Part shown: positions 9,217-19,373 of the stretch, one piece after another
How positions within the stretch are numbered: the first letter of the stretch is position 1
Layout of the letters: each line of letters opens with the position of its first letter
Assembly (NCBI GenBank): GCA_964418245.1
Contig: CAYQKW010000007.1
Coordinates: forward strand, 1-60,126
DNA from: an uncultured Oscillospiraceae bacterium
GTDB lineage: Bacteria; Bacillota; Clostridia; RUG12999
Length of the DNA: 60,126 nucleotides
Reading direction: 5' to 3'
Program-made: the position numbers and the translations under genes
The notes under the pieces: generated by a model
Told to the model about the DNA's origin: nothing
The model's database searches: none
The model's input: only the letters and a program-made list of their open reading frames with translations

Positions 9217-10971
9217 CTACATTATTTTTACCACACCGCTGTATACAAGCCCTCTTGCGGAATCCATTGTCACGGTTGTTCCGGTTTTAAGCAGAGTTGT
9301 TGCACCTTTTGCCCCGGTTATCACCGGTATGTTAAGCGTCATGCCCACAATTGCACCGTGGCTCATGCTGCCGTCTTCCTCCGTTATAATTCCGCTTGCG
9401 TGTTTCAAAATTTTAAGCAGCGTGTTTGAAGTTTTGTTTATAACGAGAATATCTCCGTCGCAAAATTCCGCAAGTGCTTCGCCTTCGTCCTTTGCAACAC
9501 AGAGTTTGCCGCTTACGTTCAAGTCGTTCACACTGCTTCCTTCAACAAGCACATGGCCTACAAGATGAACTTTCAGCACGTTTGTATTGCCGCTTATTCC
9601 GACAGGCATTCCGGCGGTTATAACAACAATATCGCCGTTTTTAACATATCCGTGCTGTGTTGCAATGTCAACCGCGTGTTCAAACAGCTCGTCCGATGTG
9701 TATTTTTCCTCGCACATAAGCGGTACTACGCCCCAAGACAGACTCATCTGACGGAAAGCCTTTTTGGATACCGTGGTTGCGATTATCGGGCAGGCGGGAC
9801 GGAATTTTGAAATTGTTCTTGCCGTTAATCCCGTTTTTGTTACGGTTATAATTGCCGTGGCACTCAAATCGTGAGCCGTTGTGCAGGTTGCATGGCTTAT
9901 TGCATCCGCAACGTTCGGCGAAAACACATTTTCTCTTGCCGAAAATCTTTTTTCGTAATTTATGTTTTTCTCCGTGCTTTCGGCTATTAGCGACATTGTT
10001 GCAACAACAAGGTCGGGATGATTGCCCACTGCCGTTTCGCCCGAAAGCATAATTCCGCTCGTTCCGTCGTAAATAGCATTGGCAACGTCGGTTGTTTCGG
10101 CACGTGTGGGACGTGTGTTTTTTATCATGGATTCAAGCATCTGCGTTGCCGTTATAACAACTTTTCCCACGGTGTAACACTTTTTAATAAGCATTTTTTG
10201 TATGCCCGGCAGCTGTTCGAGCGGTATTTCCACGCCCATATCGCCTCTGGCAACCATTATGCCGTCACTGACTTTGATTATTTCATCAATATTGTTTACA
10301 CCCTCGTTATTTTCTATTTTAGCGATTATCTTTATATCCTGACCGCCGTTTTCTTCCAAAACCTTACGGATTTCAAGAATATCATATGCACTGCGGACAA
10401 ACGATGCCGCAATAACATCAACATCTTCTTTTATACCGAAGATAATATCCTCTTTGTCAACCTCGCTCATATAATTCATTTTAACGGGAACACCGGGGAT
10501 ATTTATGCTTTTTCGGTTCGATAAAACACCGTCGTTCAAGGCTGTGCATATAATCTCTTTATCGGTTATGTCATCAACTTTAAATCCCACAAGTCCATCG
10601 TCGACAAGAATACGATTTCCTCTTGAAATATCTTTAAGCAACGACTCATATGTTATGCTCACAATTGTGTTATCCCCCTCAACCTCTTCCGTGGTAAAGG
10701 TGAATTTCTGCCCTTTTTCAATTGTGACGGGGCTTTCTTTAAACGTTTTTATTCTTATTTCGGGACCTTTTGTATCAAGCATAATCGGAACAGGCAGTCC
10801 GTGTTTCTCACGTATTTTTTTAACGCTGTCCATTCGTTTTTTATGTTCTTCGTAAGACCCGTGCGAAAAATTCAGTCTTGCAACGTTCATGCCGGCAAGC
10901 ATCATTTTTTCGAGCATTGTTTCGTCGTCCGTGGAAGGTCCGAGCGTACATATAATTTTTGTTTTTCTCAT
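9217..10971 (-). CDS. pyk: Pyruvate kinase with C-terminal PEP-utilising domain
   Basis: RKTKIICTLGP, LDTKGPEIR, MVARGDMGVE, ATQMLESM, SHGAIVG. Confidence 0.98.
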   Translation of the reverse strand: MRKTKIICTLGPSTDDETMLEKMMLAGMNVARLNFSHGSYEEHKKRMDSVKKIREKHGLPVPIMLDTKGPEIRIKTFKESPVTIEKGQKFTFTTEEVEGDNTIVSITYESLLKDISRGNRILVDDGLVGFKVDDITDKEIICTALNDGVLSNRKSINIPGVPVKMNYMSEVDKEDIIFGIKEDVDVIAASFVRSAYDILEIRKVLEENGGQDIKIIAKIENNEGVNNIDEIIKVSDGIMVARGDMGVEIPLEQLPGIQKMLIKKCYTVGKVVITATQMLESMIKNTRPTRAETTDVANAIYDGTSGIMLSGETAVGNHPDLVVATMSLIAESTEKNINYEKRFSARENVFSPNVADAISHATCTTAHDLSATAIITVTKTGLTARTISKFRPACPIIATTVSKKAFRQMSLSWGVVPLMCEEKYTSDELFEHAVDIATQHGYVKNGDIVVITAGMPVGISGNTNVLKVHLVGHVLVEGSSVNDLNVSGKLCVAKDEGEALAEFCDGDILVINKTSNTLLKILKHASGIITEEDGSMSHGAIVGMTLNIPVITGAKGATTLLKTGTTVTMDSARGLVYSGVVKIM

Positions 10972-11756
10972 ATATTCCCCTCATTTTTCAATAATTTTTC
11001 AGCATTATCACGAATTTGCGTAATATATTTTGTAACAGGCACTTCATACATCCAAACACCGCTATATCCGCATTCGTCAAGTGCCGATATAAGCTCCTTC
11101 CAATCAACTTTTCCCTCACCGGGAAGCTGATGACGTTCATCTATGAAATCATAATCCGATACGTGCAGCGTAATTATATCTTTTCCAACACGTTTTATAA
11201 AATCAATCGGCATTTCGCTCAAAAGGTGATTTGTGTCGAAGCACACCTTAAGATTTTCATGCACACTTATCAACTCTAAAATTTCTTCCGAATTTCTTCC
11301 AAGACAGGTTCTCGGTAAGTCTTCAACCGCAACGGTTACGTTTTTTGTCTGTGCAAACTCGGCAAGTTCGCTCAAGCTTTTCTTTGCCGCTTCCATTTTA
11401 AAAGGTCTGTCCTCATCAGGTATCGGCTCACCGCTCGTATGAATAACAACTTTATCGATTCCGATTTCGGCAACCGCAGAAATAAGCGTTTTAAAATATT
11501 CCACAGTATATATTCTGACTTTTTCATCGGTTGATGAAGGTTCTATTTCCGCAAACGGCACAAACGGCAAATGGCACGACCAAATCTTAATTCCGTATTT
11601 ATCCGCAAGTTTTTTTATATCTCGCACATCTTTTGAAAGATTATCCTCTTCAAGAAGTGCCATTTCCAAATATTCAATACCGTTTTCTTTATATGCAGCG
11701 AGCAATTCTTCCGTAATTTCCGCACTGCCGTTTGATGCACCTATTCTCATTTTCAT
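10968..11756 (-). CDS. Sugar phosphate isomerase/epimerase (AP endonuclease 2 TIM barrel)
   Basis: HLP, VEDL, CFDTNH, LHVSD..DERH.LPGEG, E motifs. Confidence 0.85.
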   Translation of the reverse strand: MKMRIGASNGSAEITEELLAAYKENGIEYLEMALLEEDNLSKDVRDIKKLADKYGIKIWSCHLPFVPFAEIEPSSTDEKVRIYTVEYFKTLISAVAEIGIDKVVIHTSGEPIPDEDRPFKMEAAKKSLSELAEFAQTKNVTVAVEDLPRTCLGRNSEEILELISVHENLKVCFDTNHLLSEMPIDFIKRVGKDIITLHVSDYDFIDERHQLPGEGKVDWKELISALDECGYSGVWMYEVPVTKYITQIRDNAEKLLKNEGNI

Positions 11757-11785
11757 AATAAAACCTCTATTCATAATTTTAATAA

Positions 11786-11818
11786 CAAAAGAAGACAACG
11801 CACTGTGGCAGCTGTCTC
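11786..11818 (-). terminator. Probable terminator after pfkA
   Basis: GAGACAGC...GTTGTCTT followed by CTTTTG on minus strand. Confidence 0.45.
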
Positions 11819-11868
11819 CCCTTAAAGGATTCAATATATTTTCGGCAAAAGCCTTGCCCTATTATTTA

Positions 11869-12870
11869 TTATACCGATATTATCTTTGAAAGCGTGAGCA
11901 ATTCGCTGTCGATTTTCTTTTCCATTTTAAGACCTTCAAGTATATCGTAATCAACAATTTTTGAATGATGCAGACCAACCACACGATTACCTGTGCCGTT
12001 TATAAGAATTTCAACGGCGTGTGCGCCCATTCTGCTTGCCGTCACTCTGTCTTTATATGTCGGACAGCCGCCGCGCTGAACGTGACCCAGAATTGTGGTA
12101 CGTGCGTCAAGCTCGATTCCATATTTTTCTTTCATCATTTCAACGGTTTCACGCATGATTTTGTTTGTTGATTTGCCGCTTGTTTTGGCAACACCCTCGG
12201 CAACAACAATCATAAAATATTTTTTTTCGTTATATTTTCGTTTGATTACATTTACAATATCACGTTCAATATCAAGCTGCTGTTCGGCAATTATAACACT
12301 GTCCGCACCGCAGGCAATACCGACTTCCATGGCAAGATAACCGGCTTTGTTTCCCATTACTTCAACGAATGCACAACGGTTGTGCGAACGCATTGTATCG
12401 TTGATTTTATCCAAGCAATCAATAACCGTATTGAGTGCCGTGTCATATCCGATTGTGTATTCCGTACAAGAAATATCGTTATCTATTGTACCCGGAATGC
12501 CGATTGTGGGCAACCCTTGCAAACTCAAATCTCTTGCGCCCCTGAAAGAGCCGTCTCCGCCGATTACAACCAACCCGTCAAGACCCATTTCTTTTGCGTT
12601 TGCAACGCCTTTTTTAACATATTCTTCATCTTTAAATTCAAGACAACGCGCACTGCCGAGCCATGTGCCGCCGCGGTTCATTATTTCCGTTGCATCTTCA
12701 AGAGTTATTTTTTTAACTTCTTTTTCAAGCAACCCTTTATATCCGTATTTTATTCCGACAACGTCAACGTTGTTGAATTTTGCCGCTTTAACTATGCTTG
12801 CGATTGCGCTGTTCATACCCGGTGCATCTCCGCCGCTTGTGAGTACACCTATTTTTTTGATTTTTGACAT
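11869..12870 (-). CDS. pfkA: ATP-dependent 6-phosphofructokinase
   Basis: LTSGGDAPGMN, IGGDGS, PGTIDND, EVMG, GHVQRGG. Confidence 0.97.
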   Translation of the reverse strand: MSKIKKIGVLTSGGDAPGMNSAIASIVKAAKFNNVDVVGIKYGYKGLLEKEVKKITLEDATEIMNRGGTWLGSARCLEFKDEEYVKKGVANAKEMGLDGLVVIGGDGSFRGARDLSLQGLPTIGIPGTIDNDISCTEYTIGYDTALNTVIDCLDKINDTMRSHNRCAFVEVMGNKAGYLAMEVGIACGADSVIIAEQQLDIERDIVNVIKRKYNEKKYFMIVVAEGVAKTSGKSTNKIMRETVEMMKEKYGIELDARTTILGHVQRGGCPTYKDRVTASRMGAHAVEILINGTGNRVVGLHHSKIVDYDILEGLKMEKKIDSELLTLSKIISV

Positions 12871-12887
12871 ATTTACCCTCTCCGATT

Positions 12888-13112
12888 TCAATCCTGTGTT
12901 TTAATAATACCGTGTTTTGTATATATTTCGGCATCGCCGCGAACTTTCATTGCGGATATGTTTTCCGTGAACTGCGCAAGGAAAACTTCGCCCTTATCGA
13001 TTTTTTCGGTATGCGAAAGTCTGGTATCTCCGCCGCGTTTCAGACCGATTATTTGAACGCCGTCTTCATGTGCCTTAACGGCAATATATTCGGCTTGTGT
13101 ATTTTCGTTCAT
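12888..13112 (-). CDS. mtrB: trp RNA-binding attenuation protein (TRAP) homologue
   Basis: IIGLKRGGDT..HTEKIDKGEV..AQFTE..SAMKVRG. Confidence 0.9.
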   Translation of the reverse strand: MNENTQAEYIAVKAHEDGVQIIGLKRGGDTRLSHTEKIDKGEVFLAQFTENISAMKVRGDAEIYTKHGIIKTQD

Positions 13113-13146
13113 GAAAATTCCTCCAATCAAAATATACCTCAATTAT

Positions 13147-13175
13147 ATTATACCTCAGTTGCAACAAAAATTCAA
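13147..13175 (-). promoter_or_regulatory. SigA-type promoter for mtrB-pfkA
   Basis: TTGAAT-17-TATAAT. Confidence 0.55.
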
Positions 13176-13207
13176 GTTTTTTTTGCAATCTTGACAAAAT
13201 CTTATTA

Positions 13208-15028
13208 CTATTCATGAAAAAAACGGTAAATTACCTCCGCATTTTTTGCACTTATACCATCTGCCGCCGCAAGCTGTTCAACCGATGCCGCTTTTATTTT
13301 TGCCACGCTTCCGAAATGCCGCAGCAGCGAACGCTTTTTAACCGCTCCTATTCCCTCTATATCATCAAGCACCGAACGTGACATATCTTTAGACATAAGA
13401 CGGCGGTGGAACGTTATCGCCACACGGTGAACCTCCTCCTGAATTTCGCAGACAAGTCTGAACGCTTCCGGAGTGAGCGTTATTATTTCCCCGTCCGTTG
13501 TGAGCAGCGCACGTGTTTTGTGTGTTGTATCTTTAACCATTCCGAACACGGGAATATCAAGCCCCAATGCTTTCACCGCCGAAAGAATCACGTTTGCGTG
13601 TGCAAGTCCGCCGTCAGCAAATATAACATCGGGCATTTTTGAAAATTTTTCGTCCTGTTTTTCCGTCCAGCGTTTAAAACGTCTTGTAATAACTTCATAC
13701 GTCGATTTGTAATCGTCAATGCCGTTTACCGATTTTATTTTAAAATATCTGTATTCGCTTTTTTCGGGAACTCCGTTTTCAAACACCACCATACTGCCGA
13801 CCGAATTTGTTCCCTGTGTATTCGATATATCATATGCTTCCGCTCTGTTTATTTTTATTTTAAGTGCCGATTCAAGCTGTTCGAGTGCCGATTTGTTTGC
13901 GTTTTTCTGTGCCGTTTTAAGTTTTTTTGTATCGCTTATATCCTGCAATGCATTTTTCTCCGCAAGCTTTATCAAATCAAGCCCGGCGCCTTTCTGCGGA
14001 ACGGTGAGTTTAACTTTATATCCGCTTTTTTCCGTAAGCCAGTTCTCTATTGCTTCCATATCTTCAATTTCCCCGTTAATCAAAATATTTCCGGGAATAA
14101 ATTCGCAGTTCAAATAATACTGTGTCAAAAACGACGAAAGCACCACACCTTTATCTTCGTTAAGATTGCATACAAGCCATATTCTGTTTCTGCCGATAAC
14201 CTTGCCCTCGCGGATATTCAAAATCTGAACGTTTGCAAGCCCGTCGTCGGGGATTGCCGCAATAACATCTCTGTCGCTTCTGCCGTAAACCGTGATTTTC
14301 TGTTTTTCTCCAAGCGTTTTCAATCGTTCGATTTTATCTCGAACAGCCGCCGCTTTTTCAAATTCCAGACTATCGGAATATGCGAACATCTGATGTTTCA
14401 AGCTTCTCACGGTATCGGAAATACGTCCCTCAAGAAAACTTTTTATCTGCGAAAAAACATCCGCATATTCTTCTTCGGATATTTTGCCGGTACACGGTGC
14501 CATGCACATATTTATATGATAATTAAGGCACGGGCGTTCCTTTCCTATATCCCTCGGAAATATTTTTTTGCAAGTGGGTATTTTAAAAATCTTTCTTATA
14601 ACCTCAATCGTATCGTTCGCAACACCCGATGTATACGGTCCGAAATATTCCGCCCCGTCTTTTTCCGCCCGTCTTGCAAGCATGAGTTTTGGATATTTTC
14701 CGGCTGTGATTTTTATATACGGATATTGTTTGTCGTCCTTTAAAAGGATATTGTAATGCGGCATATGTTTTTTTATGAGATTGCACTCCAAAACAAGCGC
14801 TTCCGTTTCGCTGTCTGTCACGATATATTCAAAATCTCTTATATTTTCAACCATTACACCGACTTTTCCGCCGTGACCGGATTTTTTGAAATATTGTGTA
14901 ACACGATTTTTAAGGCATTTCGATTTTCCGACATAAATAACCGTGCCGCTTTCGTCTTTCATTATATACACACCGGGCAGCGACGGCAGGTTTTTCAATT
15001 TTTCTCTTATCTTATCCGTAACATTCAC
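13208..15028 (-). CDS. uvrC: Excinuclease ABC subunit C
   Basis: GIY-YIG (PGVY..YVGK), UVR domain, YDIS..RNase H-like region, C-terminal HhH. Confidence 0.96.
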   Translation of the reverse strand: MNVTDKIREKLKNLPSLPGVYIMKDESGTVIYVGKSKCLKNRVTQYFKKSGHGGKVGVMVENIRDFEYIVTDSETEALVLECNLIKKHMPHYNILLKDDKQYPYIKITAGKYPKLMLARRAEKDGAEYFGPYTSGVANDTIEVIRKIFKIPTCKKIFPRDIGKERPCLNYHINMCMAPCTGKISEEEYADVFSQIKSFLEGRISDTVRSLKHQMFAYSDSLEFEKAAAVRDKIERLKTLGEKQKITVYGRSDRDVIAAIPDDGLANVQILNIREGKVIGRNRIWLVCNLNEDKGVVLSSFLTQYYLNCEFIPGNILINGEIEDMEAIENWLTEKSGYKVKLTVPQKGAGLDLIKLAEKNALQDISDTKKLKTAQKNANKSALEQLESALKIKINRAEAYDISNTQGTNSVGSMVVFENGVPEKSEYRYFKIKSVNGIDDYKSTYEVITRRFKRWTEKQDEKFSKMPDVIFADGGLAHANVILSAVKALGLDIPVFGMVKDTTHKTRALLTTDGEIITLTPEAFRLVCEIQEEVHRVAITFHRRLMSKDMSRSVLDDIEGIGAVKKRSLLRHFGSVAKIKAASVEQLAAADGISAKNAEVIYRFFHE

Positions 15029-15041
15029 ACCCCATTTCCGT

Positions 15042-15074
15042 AAAAAAAACGCCTGAAAGAAGATTCTCTCAGGC
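15042..15074 (-). terminator. Intrinsic terminator after rpmE
   Basis: GCCTGAGAGA..TCTTTCAGGC followed by GTTTTTTTT. Confidence 0.75.
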
Positions 15075-15089
15075 ATATCATCAGCAAAA

Positions 15090-15296
15090 TTATTTCTCGC
15101 TGAGATTGAATTTTTTTCTGAATTTTTCAACACGTCCGCCGGTATCAACAAGCTTCTGTTTACCCGTGAAAAACGGATGACACTTTGAGCAAATTTCAAC
15201 ACGAATATCCTGCTTGGTGGAGCTTGTTTCGATTACGTTACCGCACGCACAGGTTATTGTTGCCGGTTTATAATCCGGATGTATTCCTTCTCTCAT
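15090..15296 (-). CDS. rpmE: 50S ribosomal protein L31 (Zn-binding type)
   Basis: [30 protein letters not shown]. Confidence 0.98.
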   Translation of the reverse strand: MREGIHPDYKPATITCACGNVIETSSTKQDIRVEICSKCHPFFTGKQKLVDTGGRVEKFRKKFNLSEK

Positions 15297-15336
15297 TTAT
15301 CTGCACTCCTTCCGATTTTTTCGCATCAATGACACT

Positions 15337-15365
15337 ATTATATCACAATCTTTCAAAAAAAGCAA
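15337..15365 (-). promoter_or_regulatory. SigA-type promoter for rpmE
   Basis: TTGCTT-17-TATAAT with TG extension. Confidence 0.55.
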
Positions 15366-15453
15366 GACTTTTTTGAAATTTTTTTATTTTATATATATTT
15401 TGCATAACAACCCATTAAAGGCGGCGTTCGGTTTGTTGCATTTTAACAAGCGA

Positions 15454-17172
15454 CTATACCTCTGCCGCCGGGGACGGCGTTGCCGGCGGTGAAGATTCTG
15501 CCGCCGGGGATGGTGCTACCGATGTTTGCGGAGTGCTTGTTTCGGTATCCGAATTTTGCACGGCGGCTGCCGATACCGCTTCGGCAATTTCCGGTCCTCT
15601 ACGCTGAATGCAGTTTACGGTTTTGTAGCGACTCTTGCCGATATAATCCGTTTTTATGCATTTGCCGTCTTTGTAATAATGTTTATAGGTTTCTATAACA
15701 TAACCGACTTTACCGACAGAATCTGTCACAACCTCACCGGGTTTTAATGCGGGGTCTTCCGTCACGATTGTTTCATATCTGTTTGTTTCTTTTGTTATAT
15801 TTTCTATTTCAATTTTCACGCCCGGATTGGGGTTCTTGCCCAAAATCGAAACCGTAATTCCCGAATATGTGAAATTGGTTGCGATTTTAATCGGTTCCGC
15901 GGTATTGTTTCTGAATCGAAAATCAAGTTCGCCGCTTGAAACCGTTGCGTCCTGACCGAGCGGAACGTAATGAACCACAAGGCTGTGGTTATATCTTCTT
16001 GTCACCTCAAGGTCGGCATACAGCACGGCAGAATATAGCGCCGATGATACCTGGCACACACCGCCGCCGACGTCTTGTTCCACTTTGCCGTTGTTATATA
16101 CATTCGCAACTTTATATCCGTTTGCGGTTGTAATCGGTTCGATATGCGCAAGATACCTGAACTCTTCATCCGGATTCAGAATAATGCCGTTGATTTTTTC
16201 GGCGGCAAGCCGCACATTATTGAGCCTCGACGCATTGCTGTCGGTGATTTTTGACGTATACGACGAGAGTGTTTCTTTGAAAAACGCATTTGTATTAACA
16301 GACGTTATTTCCGGTTTCAGCACCGTGAGTTCAAAAAAGTATGGTTCGGTATTGTTTTTGTTTGCGTCAATAAACTGTTTTAATGCTTCTTTATCGAAAT
16401 CGTAACCGTTTTTCGCTTCGGTGATGTATTTTTTTCCACTTTCCTCGCGTATGGCGGCGTTCTCTGCCGCATGGGCAATTTCATCATATATTTTGTTTAC
16501 GTCAAACGGTATCGGGTCTTTTTCGGTTTCTTCAACATAAATCTTTCCGTTCTTCCCCGAATTTACAATCTCGGCAAGTTCGTTCAAAGCTTTTTCGCCG
16601 TCGGCGGCGGTGCCGCGTCTGCCGTTCACAATCTTGAGTTTGTTTCCGCTTATCACATACGAATTTTCAACTATGGGATTTTCCACGGTATGCGAAATAT
16701 TGTCGAAATATTCCGTAAGCATCGCCGTGTTGAGTTCCGGCTCGGTAAAAATATTTTCTCCGTGCAGTTTAAGCGAAAGTGTTTTGAAAAAATCCGATAT
16801 AAAATTTTTGTCGCGCCCAAGGTCATACGCCTTGTTCACAGCATCTTTGATTTTATATTCCGTGACAAGGTCGGCGGCGGAAAACTCTGAAGATGTGCCG
16901 TTAAAATCAAACGCAACCGTGAAATTTGTTTTTTTCATATGCTCGTCAAGCTGTTCTTCGGCTTGCTTTTTGCTAAGTCCGCCCACATCAAGACCGTTTA
17001 TGATGACGCCTTTTCGTATGCCGCTACCGCTCACCGTGACCGATACGAATACGCAGAGCAGCACGGCAAACAGAACACAACCGCCGATTATGTACGGCTT
17101 TCTTTTCTGCATTCTAAGTTTTTCGCGGCGTTCCTTGTACGGATTCGCACTTTCATTTTGAATTTGTTTCAT
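15454..17172 (-). CDS. VanW family protein (TM anchor, PG-binding, VanW and G5 domains)
   Basis: GGGVCQVSSALY, HS..V.YVPLGQDATV, DFRFRNN; Ser/Pro/Ala-rich tail. Confidence 0.9.
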   Translation of the reverse strand: MKQIQNESANPYKERREKLRMQKRKPYIIGGCVLFAVLLCVFVSVTVSGSGIRKGVIINGLDVGGLSKKQAEEQLDEHMKKTNFTVAFDFNGTSSEFSAADLVTEYKIKDAVNKAYDLGRDKNFISDFFKTLSLKLHGENIFTEPELNTAMLTEYFDNISHTVENPIVENSYVISGNKLKIVNGRRGTAADGEKALNELAEIVNSGKNGKIYVEETEKDPIPFDVNKIYDEIAHAAENAAIREESGKKYITEAKNGYDFDKEALKQFIDANKNNTEPYFFELTVLKPEITSVNTNAFFKETLSSYTSKITDSNASRLNNVRLAAEKINGIILNPDEEFRYLAHIEPITTANGYKVANVYNNGKVEQDVGGGVCQVSSALYSAVLYADLEVTRRYNHSLVVHYVPLGQDATVSSGELDFRFRNNTAEPIKIATNFTYSGITVSILGKNPNPGVKIEIENITKETNRYETIVTEDPALKPGEVVTDSVGKVGYVIETYKHYYKDGKCIKTDYIGKSRYKTVNCIQRRGPEIAEAVSAAAVQNSDTETSTPQTSVAPSPAAESSPPATPSPAAEV

Positions 17173-17190
17173 ATTATATGATCCCCCACA

Positions 17191-17754
17191 TTAAAGTTTT
17201 TCTATAATCACCGCAATCGGCGGACAGTTCGGGCGGTTTATGTATTCATGCGATATAAGCAGATATTTTTTGAAATCCACCGTTTTAAGAAACTCATAAA
17301 CCGCATTTTTTTCGTCAAACCCGGAATCTCCGCCGTAATATATGCCGATTGACAAAATACCGCCGGGTTTTAACAGTTCAAGGCATTTTTCAACAGCGCA
17401 TATTGTTGTATCCGCACGTGTTGCGATGCTGTGATTTCCGCCCGGAAGATAGCCCAGATTGAACATTGCCGCACATATCGGTTCGCTCACGTATTCGTCC
17501 AAACGTTCATGACCGCAATGCACAAGAGTCACTCTGTTTGAAAGCCCATGCGAATCAAGCAGTTTTGCCGTGTTTTCAAGTGCCGTTTGCTGAATATCAA
17601 ATGCGGTAACATGACCGTTTTCACCGGCAAGCTCCGCAAGAAAAAGCGTATCGTGCCCGTTCCCCATTGTGCAGTCAACGGCAGTTCCGCCGTTTTCCAA
17701 GGCTTTTTTGACATACATATGAGTGATGTCAAGTGTGTTTTCCGGAAGTATCAT
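17191..17754 (-). CDS. YtqB/MnmM-like SAM-dependent methyltransferase
   Basis: VDCTMGNGHDT, FDIQ, MFNLGYLPGG. Confidence 0.85.
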   Translation of the reverse strand: MILPENTLDITHMYVKKALENGGTAVDCTMGNGHDTLFLAELAGENGHVTAFDIQQTALENTAKLLDSHGLSNRVTLVHCGHERLDEYVSEPICAAMFNLGYLPGGNHSIATRADTTICAVEKCLELLKPGGILSIGIYYGGDSGFDEKNAVYEFLKTVDFKKYLLISHEYINRPNCPPIAVIIEKL

Positions 17755-17887
17755 TTCAACCCGACCTTTATCAATAAATTCTGTATATATAGTATACCAC
17801 AGCGTTGCTGTAAAATCAAGATATATTTTGTAACAATTGTATTACAATGTTGTATATATATCACCATAATAATACATAATATTTTTA

Positions 17888-17916
17888 TTGACAAAACTTT
17901 ATAATTATGATAGAAT
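17888..17916 (+). promoter_or_regulatory. SigA-type promoter for trxB
   Basis: TTGACA-17-TAGAAT with TG extension. Confidence 0.6.
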
Positions 17917-17947
17917 GAATAAAACTTTGCAACAGGAGGATTTGCTG

Positions 17948-18826
17948 ATGGATATAGCAGTTATAGGTGCCGGGCCGGGAGGTCTTGCCGCGGCAATATA
18001 TGCCGCAAGATACGGCAGGCACGTCACCGTGTTTGAAAGCGCATTTGCCGGAGGGCAGATGGTGAAAACGGTTAATATAGAAAACTATCCGGGATTTGAC
18101 GAAAAGACGGACGGATATACACTTGCCGCTAAAATGAAAAAACAAGCGGAACAAAACGGGGTTGTGTTTAAAAACGAATTTATAAAAAAAGTGGATTTTG
18201 AAAACAGAATTGTTTTCACCGAAAACGGGTGGGAAAGCGCAAACGCCGTTATTCTGGCAATGGGAGCATCTCCGAGAAAGCTCGGCGTAAACGGCGAAAC
18301 AGAGTTTTTGGGGAAAGGTGTTTCATACTGTGCCACCTGTGACGGTATGTTTTTTAAAGGGAAAACCGCCGTTGTTGCCGGCGGCGGAGATACCGCTTTG
18401 GAAGATGCGCTGTTTTTGAAAAACATATGCAAAAAAGTGTATATAATACACAGGCGCGACAGACTGCGCGCCGTGAAGTCGCTATGCGACAAGGCAGAAA
18501 AATCCGAAAATATCGAAATTGTATATTCCGCAAACATAAAGAAAATATGCGGTGGTGACCGCGTGAAATACGTTGAAACCGAAAGCGGCACAATCGAAAC
18601 CGATGCGGTTTTTATTGCTGTGGGAAACGAACCTCAAAGCGAAATATGTCCGCCGGAAATGAAAAACGAAAACGGATATGTCATTACGGACGAAAATATG
18701 CGGACGTGCTTTGACGGGGTTTTCTGTTGCGGCGATTTGAGGGAAAAAACACTTCGTCAAATTGTTACGGCTTGTGCCGACGGAGCCGTTGCGGCATATG
18801 AAGCGGTTAAATATATTGAAAAATAA
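17948..18826 (+). CDS. trxB: Thioredoxin reductase
   Basis: GAGPGG, ENYPGF, GVSYCATCDG, GGGDTA, HRRD. Confidence 0.92.
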   Translation: MDIAVIGAGPGGLAAAIYAARYGRHVTVFESAFAGGQMVKTVNIENYPGFDEKTDGYTLAAKMKKQAEQNGVVFKNEFIKKVDFENRIVFTENGWESANAVILAMGASPRKLGVNGETEFLGKGVSYCATCDGMFFKGKTAVVAGGGDTALEDALFLKNICKKVYIIHRRDRLRAVKSLCDKAEKSENIEIVYSANIKKICGGDRVKYVETESGTIETDAVFIAVGNEPQSEICPPEMKNENGYVITDENMRTCFDGVFCCGDLREKTLRQIVTACADGAVAAYEAVKYIEK

Positions 18827-18905
18827 AAAAATAATTTGACTTTTTTGTCCTTTGAATCGTCTAATAAGTGTAGAAGCTTTTACAAAGGCGAAAGGAGGAA
18901 CGAAT

Positions 18906-19373
18906 ATGTTTGAACTGTTTGAACAGAAATATAAAGAATGTGAAAAATCTTTGTTTCTTGTTGCGGTCGGATATTTGCACAATACCGAAGATGCAAAAGA
19001 CTGTGTTCAGGAGGCGGTTCTTTCCGCACTGAAATCTTTCGGAAAACTGAAAAATCAAGAATATTTCAAAACCTGGATTACGCGCATTGTCATAAACAAA
19101 AGCAAAGATTATCTCAAAAGAAAACGGTATACCGAAAATTTAACCGACGTTCACGGAGTATTTTACAACCTGCCTTCGGATGAAACCGAAATAGCCGAAT
19201 GCATATGCAAATTAAGTCCGGACCGGTCGGTTTACATAACCTTGCGTTTTTATAACGATATGACCTATGCGGAGGTGGCACGGGTACTTAAACAGCCCGT
19301 GTCTACCGTGAAATACAAAACAAAAAAAGCATTGATTGAATTGCGAAAACATCTGGAGGGGAGAGGTATTTGA
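18906..19373 (+). CDS. ECF RNA polymerase sigma factor
   Basis: DAKDCVQEA, FKTWITRIVIN (region 2); MTYAEVA..STVK (region 4). Confidence 0.9.
   Translation: MFELFEQKYKECEKSLFLVAVGYLHNTEDAKDCVQEAVLSALKSFGKLKNQEYFKTWITRIVINKSKDYLKRKRYTENLTDVHGVFYNLPSDETEIAECICKLSPDRSVYITLRFYNDMTYAEVARVLKQPVSTVKYKTKKALIELRKHLEGRGI

Noticed and set aside
11780-11868. Possible riboswitch between pfkA and the epimerase gene
   Set aside because: No recognisable aptamer core; explained by a terminator hairpin.
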